From NCBI RefSeq assembly GCF_046119375.1, contig NW_027362763.1:903650001-903714000 (forward strand): a stretch of 64,000 bases of DNA, read 5' to 3'. The position numbers and the translations under genes are program-made. Below, piece after piece: positions 47,239-60,329 of this stretch. Origin of the DNA: Phyllobates terribilis. Lineage: Eukaryota. The notes beneath the pieces are model-generated. The model saw nothing but the letters and a program-made list of their open reading frames with translations. It was not told where the DNA came from and did not search any database. The stretch's first letter is position 1. Every line of letters starts with the position of its first letter.

Positions 47239-48919
47239 TATGTTACAGGGAGCAACAGGTTGACAGAAGGAGTCCCCTTCCCTCTCCCAAACTCCTTTTT
47301 CCTAACAGAAAGTGCAGGTATGGTCCTTCAGAGAGGTCCTCAACTTTGTAAACTCTCTGCACTTTGGCCAACAGACGAGGATCCTCAACAAAGGACCTCC
47401 TCTTTTTATTATAACAAATGGATTTTCTTAGCCGGACAGCAACTCTACGTATGGCTTCACCAACTTCATTAATGAAGCTACTATTACTTTGGAATAGAAC
47501 ACAATATGCATAAACACATGGAGATAAAGTTACATTTAAGCAAATATTTTATTTGGCACCACAATAGTGTCTCCTGTCTGCCGTGAACATGCTGTACTCT
47601 AGTTATGTAAAGAGACATTAAATAAAGCCAGTAGACCTTACAGGATCATACTGAGGTGTATCCATATGTTTATGAAGTGTTACTTTTCATGTTTGCAGAA
47701 ATCAATAATTATATTAAAGTGAGGCTTCACCACAAACCTAATAACTGCTCTCAATACCCATCAAAAAGTGACCTATCTGCAGTTTTCCCCAGAATGCTAC
47801 CATTCTATGGTAGCCTCTAGTCTGAGGTTAGAATGCACAATACAGACTGTCTCTTCTGCCCAGGCTCCATATTTTTCTTTAGACAACTTGGGGGCACATT
47901 ATGGGCATGAAGAATGTCTTTGAGTCAGATTTTTACTGGTTTAACATGTAGACAATTTATGTGCAAACATGTAGATGAAACAATTTATGGCTCTGTTGTT
48001 TAGAGAGCTGATTGAATTAATCCAATTTTCATGGCCCACAAAATGCACTTCTACCATACAGCAGAATTTATATGATGCTTGAGATTGAAGCCTGGATGAA
48101 TACAACTTAAAGTATTAGGTGGAACATCATTCTTTGCTTTTCTTACCAAACCATTTAATCCTGTGAAAAAATAGCTGCAAGCAATATTACACATATTATT
48201 AAATTTTATTCTGGCTGAAAACAAGACACTTAAAAGCTAAAACAATATCACCCGGAAGGTGAATGTGTTGGCACCATTTTTCTCTTGTAGTAATGTTCTA
48301 ATTGAAAATGTTAAAGCTGTGCTGTACATACTGTCTGTAATAGCTATCCAATATATACTGGTTTCCAGTATCAGCATGTCACCTCACTAATACAAGAGGG
48401 AAGATTTATCAAGACTGGGGCAACTGGGGAAAAGTTGTTTTTTTTGCAGTGAAAATATTCAACTGCAAAAATCACCAAAAACCCATTATGGAAACGTATC
48501 CATATAGTTTATAACGCTATTCATTTTACTATATTGGGTATTGAAAAAAACAAACATTTTTCAAGTGGGTTAAAATTGTGAAAAAAGCTGCAATCCTACC
48601 ATTTTTTTTCAGGTTTTGTTATTATAGAGTTCAATGTGCGTAAAATTGATCTGGCAACATGATTCATCAGGCCAGTATGATTACAATGATAACAAACATT
48701 GTTTTTTAGTTTTGCTAGTGTTTTTTTTTTATTGTTTTTATATTTTAGTGGTAAAAAAAATTCTCAAATTTCTATAAAAAAAAAATGTTGTTTACGCCGC
48801 CCATTTCTGAGACACATAACTTTTTTTATTTTTCTATCTATTGAGTTGTGTGAGGGCTAATTTTTAGAGTACCTAACAGTAATTTTTATTTACACCATTT
48901 TGAGATACATACAACATGT

Positions 48920-49718
48920 TAAACGGGTGGTCCAAAGGCAAAGTCATTTTCCTCCTAAATCCCTATCTATTTAGTATCATAATCTAAACAATTTTCTAAT
49001 ATACCTGCATTAAAATTCATTATCGTTTCATAAATATACTGCTATTCTATTTTGCTTCCATATTTCTTTTCTGATGATGCTTCCTGGGATACTCAAACAA
49101 AGCCTCATCAGGGGGCAGAGGCTGCAATCACTGTCTTCTCCCTTAAAGGAAGTGTCATCAGTGACGCTCATTTCAGAGGCTGGGCTAGTCCTGCGCACTG
49201 TACACTATGCGATGTGCACAGTAACAGTGCGCACTCAGTTGACGGCTCAGATCAGCAGTAATGAGCTGGCAACAGAGCGGTGTCACAGTACCCGGTCTGC
49301 AGAGATCAGCGACCTCACCTGCGTCGGCACTAATCTCTGCACGCTGGAAATACTGCCACAGCTCTTTTGCAGGCTCGTTACTGCTGATCAGAGCCAACAA
49401 TAGATTGTGAGATTGTGCGCTGTTACTGTGCACATCATTCAGGGACTAGCCAAGCCCCTGAAATAAGCATTATTGATGACGCTTCATTCCAGTGAGGGGA
49501 CAGAGGCTACAGCAGTGACCACAACCACTGACACTTCATTTGACTGTCCCAGCATGCACAATAATTTCATCAGAAAGGAAACATTGAAAAAAATAGGACA
49601 GCAGCTAGTGTAGTTAGGGAACATTAGGGAATTTTTAATGGAAGTATATTAGAAAATTGTTTAGATTATGGTAATAAATAGGTAGAAAATGTATTTGCCT
49701 TCAAACCACTGCTTTAAT
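48920..49718. mobile_element. TTAA-flanked long imperfect-palindromic MITE
   Basis: TTAAACGGGTGGTCCAAAGGC ... GCCTTCAAACCACTGCTTTAA with mirrored interior; ends are approximate. Confidence 0.5.
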
Positions 49719-49842
49719 CACTTTTTATTGCAATTTTTTAAATTGAAAAATCATTTTCTTTTTTTTTTCGGTGTTGAACGTATGTTTTAAATAATTTTAT
49801 ATTTTGACAGACTGGAGATTTATGGGTGCAGTGTGTTTATAC

Positions 49843-50867
49843 TGTGGCACCCCAGGTCTGGTTGCCACAAATGTGATTAATCTTCGTCTGAGAGCAGGAG
49901 GGAGGTTCCCTGGTTAGGGACAATTAGCATGCAGCACCTCCTGTCCCAGGCCAGTAGGGGGAGCTGGCTGCCCTATAAAAGCTGGAACTGGGGCAGGGTT
50001 AGAGAGACCAGAACCCACTTCTGAAGTGACCAGAAGGGTTTCTTAGAGGAAGGGACAGGTCAGCAGCAGCTGAGGAGTCCGGGAGGCAGAGGAGAGACTG
50101 CAAGCCAGGGACAGAGGCGACGAGAGCCGGTCCTGGCAGAGAATCAATATAACCGGACATTGGGGTCCGAGGCTGTCCGGGTTATCATTCCCAGCAGCAA
50201 AGAACCAATCCGCGAGGGATTTCAGGTCCCTTGGCCTAAGAAGCCTGGAGGCTCCGCCACACAGAGGGACCAGTACCGCGAGGAGGAAGCAAAAGGTACC
50301 CAAGGCCCGAGTCGCAAGCCATACAGGCGAGAAATACACGGCCAGCTCAGGGACGTGGGCTATTACACCACGAAGAGGGGGATAGTCAGAAAGAGCATAG
50401 AGAGAACGGTAGGCCTACATACTCACCCTGACCAGTGGGGCTTCCCCGAATGCTCTCAGACACCCAGGCCCATTCCTAACCGGTACTACTGTTGGGTCAT
50501 TAATAACATCTACAATAAAGACCCAGAAATGTTTTGAAACGGGCTCTGAACTTTTACTATTGTGGCAGGCACTATCACCCCCAGCATCCACCTACACTGC
50601 CCTGAGGCCACACTCCTCCCGTGGGGAGTTATCCTACCCTAGAGCTGCACACCAACACCAGCCTCAGAGGTCTGCCTAGCAGCGGCGGTTATCCCTGACC
50701 GCAATCCATGGGTGGCGTAGTCGGACATTCACAAATCTATAAATAGGCTGCCACAACATTGGTCTGACCACCCTGAGCCACCGGACCGGGTTGCCACTAC
50801 TACCCCAATCAGCACCGTACACCAGAAGACCCGGTTTCGAGTACCCCACGGCCCAGGGGGTGAGTCA
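49843..50867 (+). mobile_element. Solo LTR (1,025 bp) of a related family
   Basis: TGTGGCACCCC...GGGGGTGAGTCA, TSD ATAC, TATAAAA and AATAAA present; U5 similar to the other LTRs. Confidence 0.88.
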
Positions 50868-53800
50868 ATACCATATGTCATCTCTAATATTCCTTTTTCT
50901 ATTTTTCGAACTCTCTCTTTTATGCATTGAGAATTTCTGGGCTCTTGAATATATTTTCTTAAGTATGCATCCTAAATGCAGAATGTTATTATAATATATC
51001 ATTATAATCCTTAAAGCAGGATTTCACACCCCAAAATATTTATATGTGCATGTAACTCTTTCAAAGACAAGTCCAACAATGCCTTTACATGGCCAGTCTG
51101 TTCCTTTATTATTGAGAAATCAGGATGTGAATTGATATGCAAATGAGGTTGTAGATCTGAAGCCTGTGTCACTCCAGCTCTATTCCCCACCCAGTGCCGG
51201 TAATTTTATTTAAAGGGTTATTCCCATCTTTACATATTATTTTTTGATTAGTTTGTGTCAGACTGCAGGGTGCCACAGGAATCCTGTGAACAGGCCTCTA
51301 AAAAGTCCTTTCTGAATGGAGAGGTAGCTGAGTATGATGAGCACCACAGCTCAAGTCATTCTCTATGGTTCTACCAGAAAAAGTCAAGTGCTCTACTTCA
51401 CTATCTCCAGCAGATACATAGAGAATTAATGGTACAGTGGTGCACATGTCCACATTCAGACAGGGCTTTACAAAGCTCCTTTACTGGGATGGTGGAACCT
51501 CTAGTGATTAGGAAGTTATAACATATCTAATAGGTGATAACATATAAAGATATAAATGCCCTTTTATTTTCATTTTCAAACAATATATTAACTATTTCTG
51601 TAGGTCCAGTAAGTGGGTTTGATGGAAGACTCAATATTTCTACCTTTTAAGTCAGTAAAAGCAGAATAAACAAAAAGACAAAATGCCAAACCTTAAAGCT
51701 TTAAAGTTTATTTTTTACCAGGGTTTTTTAAAATACTAGAAAATATCTTTAAGATTCTGATAGTTTCAGATTCCTGACAAAAAGGTAATTATTCCTCCAC
51801 TTGTTTCTATTTTAGTAATATCCCGCTTGAGATATCATAAGTCTGCATGCCCACAATCAGGATTACTAGTGTTCTGGACGCAGCGTATTTTTGCTGCTTC
51901 CATAATGCTGTGTTGTACAGTACAAGCACATTGGATGTGATTAATAGAAAACCCACTGTGCTTCTGTTTTTAAGCTACGTAAAATCACCTGTGGTACAGA
52001 TTTCCGAGCCACAGCATGTCAATTTCTCTTGCGTGAATATTCAGTCTTCTGTGTGGAATTTCCCTATAGACTTGCATTGGATGCGGTAAATACGCAGTTT
52101 ACAAAAAAGCACATGCGTTGTAAGTGAATATAGCATGTGTTTTAAGCCTGGTTTAACCTAATAAAACATTTTAAAAAATGGTGTGGGGTCCCCCCTGTTC
52201 TTGATAACCAGCTCAGGTAAACCAGACAGCTTACATTATTAGGCTGCGAAGGTCCAAGGTTATTGGGCCCTTCCCAGTCTAAAAGTACAAGCCCGCAGCC
52301 GCCCCAGAATTGGTGCATCACATTCTGGCACTTTTTCCCTACCGCTCTTCTCGATTGCCCTGGTGTGGTGGCAATGGCAGTTGGGGTTGATGACAGCTGT
52401 GAATTGTCAAAAAACACAGCTGCCAACAATCCCTGGAGTTAGTAATAGAGAGGTGTTCCTGTGAAAATGTAAATTAGCAAGCTGCTCTAGCTTAGTGATG
52501 CAAAGATTGGCCACCTACCTGCCAAATGTCTGAGAGCACAATGCAGAATGAGTCTAGTGATGGTTGACCATTTAGTACACAATATACACTTAAAAAACAT
52601 TTACAGACTACATGAAATTTAGTAATGTGTACAAGTTTCTGATGGTTGTCAATGACTATTGAGTATATGTCATGTATTTCGTGAGTCTATCCAAAGAGTA
52701 GTTTTGTGTTTACTCATGATTTCTGGCGAAGCAGTTCTAGGGGATTTCTAATCTGCAAGGTAACTGTTGCCACACAGCCTTTTATTAATTAGGTTTTCAG
52801 GTTCAGAAAACACAAATTCCATGGCTGCAGCTTGTTTTCTAAAAAAAATAACTGCACTTTATTTACCCTCCCTGGGTTCAGAGTGGAGTATCTGCTGTGG
52901 CTTCCAGTTTCTGGTATTGTCTTCTGTGCTGACATCATGTTGGCAGCACTGCAGCCAATCAAAGAGCCTAGCGGCTCTGAGCGACTTGTGACATCAACTC
53001 TGGCAGAGCAGCTGAGCTCACTTATTGGCTGGGATATTCGATTCACTAGCCCAGTTAAATTGAATACATTTTTCTAACATTTTGATGGCCTTTTATGGTT
53101 CATCAAAATAGCAGTCAGCTGGACAACATTTTGCTGAATCTACACAGAAGCGAATTACAAAAAAATCTGTTCCACTTTGCTCAACTCCCGACAGTTTCTT
53201 TTTTCCACAACCCAATTTGACAGTTTTGTGTTTTTCCACAAAAAAAAAACTTTTAACTAATAAGACCCAATTCATCAAGATAGGCTTTGTTCACACAGGT
53301 CTTAATGAGGGGACATGCTGGAGTCAGAGGTGCACGCCACCTAATGAATTAGACACGTCTGAAAGTGGTGTGCAACTCGCCGCAAATATTGCTCCAGTCA
53401 CATTATATATGTGTATGTCATGTTATATTAACTCTGAAACTAAACAAATAATTATAAAGCCAAAAATATAATAGTCATTAGTTTGTCCAGGTAAATTTAT
53501 ATAAATATAATAATCTTCTATTCAGTAAAATAAATGTAACAAATGAAATGAAATGAAAAAAAAACTTATGTTGAATAAAAGCCAATGGTGAAGCGGACTT
53601 CCCTTACCCAAGATTGTCAATACACTCTTATTAATTAAAATGGATTTACTGTGAGTAAATACATATGGAGACAGCACAGGTTTCTTGCTTAGCAGTAATA
53701 ACAAGGAAAGGCTGCAAATGGAAGCAGGCTTGTCAGGTTTTACAGTGCAATAATCAGATCATTTTGTTGCACGCCACCCTCTAATTGGCAAATAAATGAA

Positions 53801-54823
53801 TGACATCATATGTAAATGCTCATTTTAAAAGCTGACAGATGGCGGAAAACCTATAAATGTTGCAATTCTATTTTTGAAAGAAAAAAGTGTAATTTTCTTG
53901 GTTCATTTAAAGCATAAAAATATTTTATTTGAGTGTAAGTGATTTATTGTATAGGACAAGGACAAACGAGTTGCAGGTGATAAAGATAATCAAAAACCTT
54001 AACATAAAATAAGTTGCTTTTTGGAAGTGTTTATGATCTCTGTAAGAAACTTAGGCTTTCCAGGAATGACACATATAGAGAGATTTGTCAATCAAAGTTG
54101 GAAATATCATTCTGTATCAACTCAACTCACAAATGCCTATATGCCTCTAGTTTTGAAATTTGTGGAATAACATACATTGTTTATAAAGAGAAACAGAATC
54201 AATGTTACTTTACAGATTTTCAGATGCAATGTTGTAAGTGAACACAGAATGTGTATCACAGTACTGTTGCTGTTCTTTGGGAAAGGGGCTCCATCTCTAT
54301 TCCTCACACTAGGGGATGCCCAAGTCTATCCATGAATATTGAAATTTGTATAAATCCGATATTGATGAAAGATATATTTTCAGTGGCAGGGAGAACCAGG
54401 GAAGAAGATGCATATTATCTCATAATTGTAACCCCTGCCTATAAGCCACAAATCAATAGTGGACAGATAACTGACAACAGACATGTCTTGATTGGCCTCT
54501 AGGTAATGGTAAAATCCAAATAAAAAATATGGTGGTGAACTCGAGTGAAGTTATCGCATAAGTTGGGGATTTCATAAAATCCTGAAAGGCTGAGGACAGC
54601 CCACAACCCAGCCCATGTGGGGTGTGTGGGTAGAATTCAGGTGCTAATTAAAGATCAATCCAAATTATGATCCGTGTTCCTCTAGAGAGATACACATCGT
54701 GTATGCATGATACCCATTCACTGGACATCTCAACTCGAAGTGCTCTACTTCGGCTAAGTTGACTCATCTCTGTGAGTGCCTTAGTAAGTTTCTCTTGTTA
54801 TTCCTTTTCATTTTATGTAACTA

Positions 54824-56371
54824 CACTGCTCAAAAAAATAAAGGGAACACTTAAACAACAGAATATAACTCCAAGTAAATCAAACTTCTGTGAAATCAAA
54901 CTGTCCACTTAGGAAGCAACACTGATTGACAATCAATTTCACATGCTGTTGTGCAAATGGAATAGACAATAGATGGAAATTATTGTCAATTATCAAGACC
55001 CACAAAATAAAGGAGTGGTTCTGCAGGTGGGGACCACAGACTACATCTCAGTGCCAATGCTTTCTGGCTGATGTTTTGGTCACTTTTGAATATTGGTTGT
55101 GCTTTCACACTCGTGGTAGCATGAGACGGACTCTACAACCCACAGAAGTTGCTCAGGTAGTGCAGCGAATCCAGGATGGCACATCAATGCGAGCTGTGGC
55201 AAGAAGGTTTGCTGTGTCTGTCAGCGTAGTGTCCAGAGGCTGGAGGCGCTGCCAGGAGACAGGCCAGTACACCAGGAGACGTGGAGGGGGCCGTAGGAGG
55301 GCAACAACCCAGCAGCAGGACCTCTACCTCTGCCTTTGTGCAAGGAGGAACAGGAGAAGCACTGCCAGAGCCCTGCAAAATGACCTCCAGCAGGCCACAA
55401 ATATGCATGTGTCTGCACAAACGGTTAGAAGCCGACTCCATGAAGGTGGTATGAGGGCCCGACGTCCACAGATGGGGGTTGTGCTCACAGCCCAACACCG
55501 TGCAGGTCGTTTGGCATTTGCCACAGAACACCAGGATTGGCAAAGTCGCCACTGGTGCCCTGTGCTCTTCACAGATGAAAGCAGGTTCACACTGAGCACA
55601 TGTGACAGACGTGACAGAGTCTGGAGACGCTGTGGAGAGCGATCTGCTCCCTGCAACATCCTTCAGCATGACCGGTTTGGCAGTGGGTCAGTAATGGTGT
55701 TGGGTGGCATTTCTTTGGAGGGCCGCATAGCCCTCCATGTGCTCGCCAGAGGTAGCCTGACTGCCATTGGGTACCGAGATGAGATCCTCAGACGCCTTGT
55801 GAGACCATATGATGGAGCGATTGGCCCTGGGTTCCTTCTAATGCAGGACAATGCCAGACCTCATGTGGCTCATGAAGCTATGGACTGGTCCGCCCGTTCC
55901 CCAGACCAGAATCCGATTGAGCACATCTGGGACATCATGTCTCGCTCCATCCACCAACGTCACATTGCACCACAGACTGTCCAGGAGTTGGCGGATGTTT
56001 TAGTCCAGGTCTGGGAGGAGATACCACAGGAGACCATCCGCAACCTCATCAGGAGCATGCCCAGGTGTTGTAGGGAGGTCACACAGGCACGTGGAGGCCA
56101 CACACAATACTGTGCCTCATTTTGACTTGTTATAAGGACATTACATCAAAGTTGGATCAGCATGTAGTGTGTTTTTCCACTTTAATTTTGGGGGTGACTC
56201 CAAATCCAGGCCTCCATTGGTTAATAAATTTGATTTCCATTGATGATTTTTGTGTCATTTTGTTGTCAGCACATTCAACTTTTTATAGAACAAAGTATTC
56301 AATGAGAATATTTCATTCATTCAGATCTAGGATGTGTTATTTGAGTGTTCCCTTTATTTTTTTGAGCAGTG
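54824..56371 (+). mobile_element. Tc1/mariner DNA transposon, 1,548 bp, short TIRs
   Basis: 28-bp TIR CACTGCTCAAAAAAATAAAGGGAACACT with TA TSD. Confidence 0.92.
55121..56125 (+). CDS. Tc1-like transposase, open frame but with an apparent in-frame deletion in the catalytic domain
   Basis: [12 protein letters not shown]...LFTDESRF...LMQDNARPH...SPDQNPIE. Only 23 residues lie between the second D and the E, versus about 34 in typical Tc1 transposases. Confidence 0.8.
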   Translation: MRRTLQPTEVAQVVQRIQDGTSMRAVARRFAVSVSVVSRGWRRCQETGQYTRRRGGGRRRATTQQQDLYLCLCARRNRRSTARALQNDLQQATNMHVSAQTVRSRLHEGGMRARRPQMGVVLTAQHRAGRLAFATEHQDWQSRHWCPVLFTDESRFTLSTCDRRDRVWRRCGERSAPCNILQHDRFGSGSVMVLGGISLEGRIALHVLARGSLTAIGYRDEILRRLVRPYDGAIGPGFLLMQDNARPHVAHEAMDWSARSPDQNPIEHIWDIMSRSIHQRHIAPQTVQELADVLVQVWEEIPQETIRNLIRSMPRCCREVTQARGGHTQYCASF

Positions 56372-56462
56372 TATATATGCTGTATTGCTTTGTCCCCTTT
56401 GTAAAATCTTTTGTATATTTATTTTGTAAACATTGCCTCCCTTTTGGATTAAATATAAAATA

Positions 56463-59400
56463 CTGGATGGTGGCCCGATTCTAATGCATCGGGTATTCTA
56501 GAATAGGTATGCGGCCGACCGGGCGCAATCAGCAGAGCTGTGTTTAAATTTGGGGCCAAAATCGCTGATTGGTCGCGTTCGGCAACCGCGACCAATCAGC
56601 AAAGCGGTGTTTAAATTTGGGGGCAATATCGATGATTGGTCGCGGGCGGCGGCCGCGACCAATCAGCGAACCGTGTTAGTGAGGACTGGAGAGCGTGTTT
56701 AAATTTGGCACCAAAATCGCTGATTAGTCGCGACCAATCAGCAGAGCGGTGTTTAAATTTGGCGCCAATACTGCTGACTGGTCGCGGCCGCCGACCGCGA
56801 CCAATCAGCAGAGCGATGCAGAGCGGGGTTTAAATTTGGCGCCAAAATCGCTGATTGGTCGCCGGCCGCGCCCAAACAGCAGAGTGTTGTTTAAATTTGG
56901 CGCCAAAATCGCTGATTGGTCGAGGCCGGCGACCGCGACCAATCAGCAGAGCGTTGTTTAAATTTGGCGCCAATCTCGCTGATTGGTCGCGGATGGCGGC
57001 CGCGACCAATCAGCAGTGCGGTGTTTAAATTTGGCACCAAAATCGCTGATTAGTCGCGACCAATCAGCAAAGAGGTGTTTCAATTTGGCGACAATAGTGC
57101 TGATTGGTCGCGGCCAGCGACTGCGACCAATCAGCAGAGCGGGGTTTAAATTTGGCGCTAAAATCGCTGATTGGTCACCGGCCGCGACCAATCAGCAGAG
57201 CGGTGTTTAAATTTGGCACAAAAAGCGCAGATTGGTCGCGGCCGGTGGTTGCGACCAATCAGCAGAGTGAGGTTTACATTTGGCGCCAATACTGCTGATT
57301 GGTCACGGCCGACAACCGCGACCAATCAGCAGAGCGGTGTATAAATTTTGCGCCAATACTGCTGATTGATCTCGACCAGCGACCGCGATCAATCAGCAGA
57401 GCGTTGCTTAAATTTGGCGCCAATCTCGTTGATTGGTCGCGGCTGGAGTCCGCAACCAATCAGCAGAGCGTTGTTTAAATTTGGCGCCAATCTCGCCTGC
57501 GTCCGCGTCCAATCAGCACCGCAGTGTTTAAATGTGGCGGCAAGATCGGTGATTGGTCGCGGCCGCTATTTAAATGTGGCGCCCAAATCGGTGATTGGTT
57601 GCGGGCAGCGGCCGCGACCAATCAGCTGAGCGGTGTTTAACTTTAGCGCCAAGATCACTGATTGGTCGGGTGTGGAGAGCGCGACCAATCAGCGAATCGT
57701 ATTGGTGAGGAGCAGGGAGCGGAATCGTATTAGTGAGGACCGGGGAGCGCTGCTGCCTGTGCGGCTACTTCCGCTGCGAGAACCCGGGACATGAGCGGGC
57801 GCTCGGAGCAGAAGTATCCCGACCCGCAGCGCCGCTCCCCGGTCCTCCCTTCACACCCTAGCTGCTGATGTCCCCACAGTATCCGCATGGTGTTACAAAG
57901 GTCCGGACATTTGTGCTAAAAATCGCTGATTGGTCGCTGGCGCTGCTCGCGACCAATCACCGATTTGGGCGCCAAATTTAAATATCGGCCGCGACCAATC
58001 ACCGATCTTGGCTCCACATTTAAACACCGCTGTGCTGATTGGTCGCCGACGCTGGGCGCGACCAATCACCGATTTTGGCGCCACATTTAAATTTAAATAG
58101 CGGCCGCGACCAATTGGACCCGCAGCGCCACTCCCTGGTCCTCCCTTCACGCCCTAGCCGCATGGATGTCAGCGCCGCTGTGTGTGCGGATAGTTCCGCT
58201 GCAAGAACCCGGGACATGAGCGGGCGCTCGCAGCAGAAGTGTCCCGACCCGCAGCGCCGCTCCCCGTCCTCCCTTCACACCCTAGCCGCTGATGTCCCCA
58301 CAGTATCCGCATGGTGTTACAAAGATCCGGACATTTGTGTTAAAAATCGCTGGTTGGTCGCTGGCGCTGCCCGCGACCAATCACCGATTTGGGCGCCAAA
58401 TTTAAATATCGGCCGCGACCAATCACCGATCTTGGCTTCACATTTAAACACCGCTGTGCTGATTGGTCGCCGACGCTGTGCGCGACCAATCACCGATTTT
58501 GGCGGCACATTTAAATAGCGTCCGCGACCAATCAGTACAGCGGTGTTTAAATGTGGAGCCAAGATCGGTGATTGGTCGCGGCCGATATTTAAATTTGGCG
58601 CCCAAATCGGTGATTGGTCGCGGGCAGCGCCAGCGACCAATCAGCGATTTTTAACACAAATGTCCGGATCTTTGTAACACCATGCGGATACTGTGGGGAC
58701 ATCAGCGGCTAGGGTGTGAAGGGAGGACCGGGGAGCGGCGCTGCGGGTCGGGATACTTCAGCTCCGAGCGCCCGCTCATGTCCCGGGTTCTCGGAGTGGA
58801 AGTATCCGCACAGGCAGCGGCGCTGACATCCATGCGGCTAGGGCGTGAAGGGAGGACCGGGGAGCGGCGCTGACATCCAATTGGTCGCGGCCGCTATTTA
58901 AATGTGCCGCACAAATCGGTGATTGGTCTCCGACTTGGCCCGCGACCAATCACTGATCTTGCGGCCAAAGTTAAACAGTACTGTGCTGATTGGTCGCGGA
59001 TGCTGCCCGCGACCAATCACCGATTTGGGCGCCAAATTTAAATATCGGCCGCGACCAATCACCGATCTTGGCTCCACATTTAAACATCGCTGTGCTGATT
59101 GGTCGCCGACGCTGGGCGCGACCAATCACCGATTTTGGCGCCACATTTAAATAGCGTCCGCGACCAATCCGCACAGCAGTGTTTAAATGTGGAGCCAAGA
59201 TCGGTGATTGGTCGCGGCCGATATTTGAATGTCACGCCCAAATCGGTGATTGGTCGCGGGCAGAGTCCGCGACCAATCAGCACCGTAGTGTTTAACTTTT
59301 GCGGCAAGATCCGTGATTGGTCGTGGGCCAAGACCGCGACCAATCACCGATTTGTGCTGCAGATTTAAATAGCGGCCGCGACCAATTGGATGTCAGCGCC

Positions 59401-60329
59401 ACTCCCCCGTCCCCTAGCCGCATGGATGTCAGCGGCGCTGCCTGTGCGGATACTTCCGCTGCGAGAACCCGGGACATGAGCGGGCGCTCGCAGCAGAAGT
59501 ATCCCGACCCGCAGCGCCGCTCCCCAGTCCTCCCTTCACACCCTAGCCGCTGTTGTCCCCACAGTATCCACATGGTGTTACAAAGGTCCGGACATTTGTG
59601 TTAAAAATCGCTGATTGGTCGATGGCGCTGCCCGCGACCAATCACCGATTTGGGCGCCAAATTTAAATATCGGCCGCGACCAATCACCGATCTTGGCTCC
59701 ACATTTAAACACCGCTGTGCTGATTGGTCGCTGCCGATATTTAAATTTGGCGCCCAAATAGGTGATTGGTCGCGGGCAGCGTCGGCGACCAATCAGCACA
59801 GCGGTGTTTAAGTTTTGCGCTAAGATCAGTGATTGGTCGGGTCCGAAGACCGCGACCAATCATCGAATCGTCTTGGTGAGGACCGGGGAGCGGCGCTGCC
59901 TGTGCGGCTACTTACGCTGCGAGAACCCGGGACATCACGGGCGCTCGCAGCAGAAGTATCCTGACCCGCAGCGCCGCTCCCCGGTCCTCCCTTCCGCATG
60001 GAGGTCAGCGGCGCCGGCGGTCCGTCCGCTGATACCGGTCGGGAGATGAGCGCCTCGCGCCGCTCATCTCCCGGCTGCATCTCCGTCCCGCAGATGGGTC
60101 CGGCTGTCGGGTTCCTTCTGCTGTTGCCGGCCGGGAGATGAGGGCCTCGCGGCGCTCATCTCCCGGCTGCATCGCCGCTCAGCTCCGTCCCGCAGATGAG
60201 CCGCTAAAGGCCGCCATCTTTTTTTTAGAAATCCCCCTGCGCTGATTGGCCGCTGCCGGACCAATGAGCGACGCGGGATTTCCTGGACAGACAGACAGAC
60301 AGATGGGATAAGACGATTATATATATAGA
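56463..60329 (-). mobile_element. Non-autonomous Helitron-like element (3,867 bp) filled with CCAAT-containing hairpin repeats
   Basis: Minus strand starts A|TCTATATATATAATCGTC, has a subterminal hairpin CCCGAT-N8-ATCGGG and ends CCAG|T (canonical CTRR). Inserted in an AT dinucleotide with no TSD; no Rep/helicase ORF. Confidence 0.7.
56510..59880. repeat. Complex CpG-rich tandem/inverted repeat array built on TGATTGGTCGC...GCGACCAATCA
   Basis: Dozens of degenerate units of about 40-70 bp with ATTTAAAT and GGCGCC spacers, plus repeated GC-rich cassettes of about 150 bp. Confidence 0.9.

Noticed and set aside
48147-48214. 68-bp segment with strong acceptor and donor on the minus strand
   Set aside because: It ends in phase 0 in its only open frame, which is incompatible with the phase-1 CUB exon. 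It could be a UTR exon but is unsupported.
51644-51691. 48-bp phase 1-1 candidate signal-peptide exon (GLAFCLFVYSAFTDLK)
   Set aside because: It is hydrophobic and phase-compatible with the CUB exon, but the donor is weak and I found no upstream start exon or homology. RNA-seq is needed; the real first coding exon may lie outside the window.
56510-59880. CRISPR-like appearance of palindromic repeats
   Set aside because: The context is eukaryotic, the units are degenerate with no unique spacers, and there are no cas genes.
56636-60264. Many short ORFs with RDQS/ADWSR motifs
   Set aside because: These are translations of the GC-rich CCAAT hairpin array in all frames, not genes.
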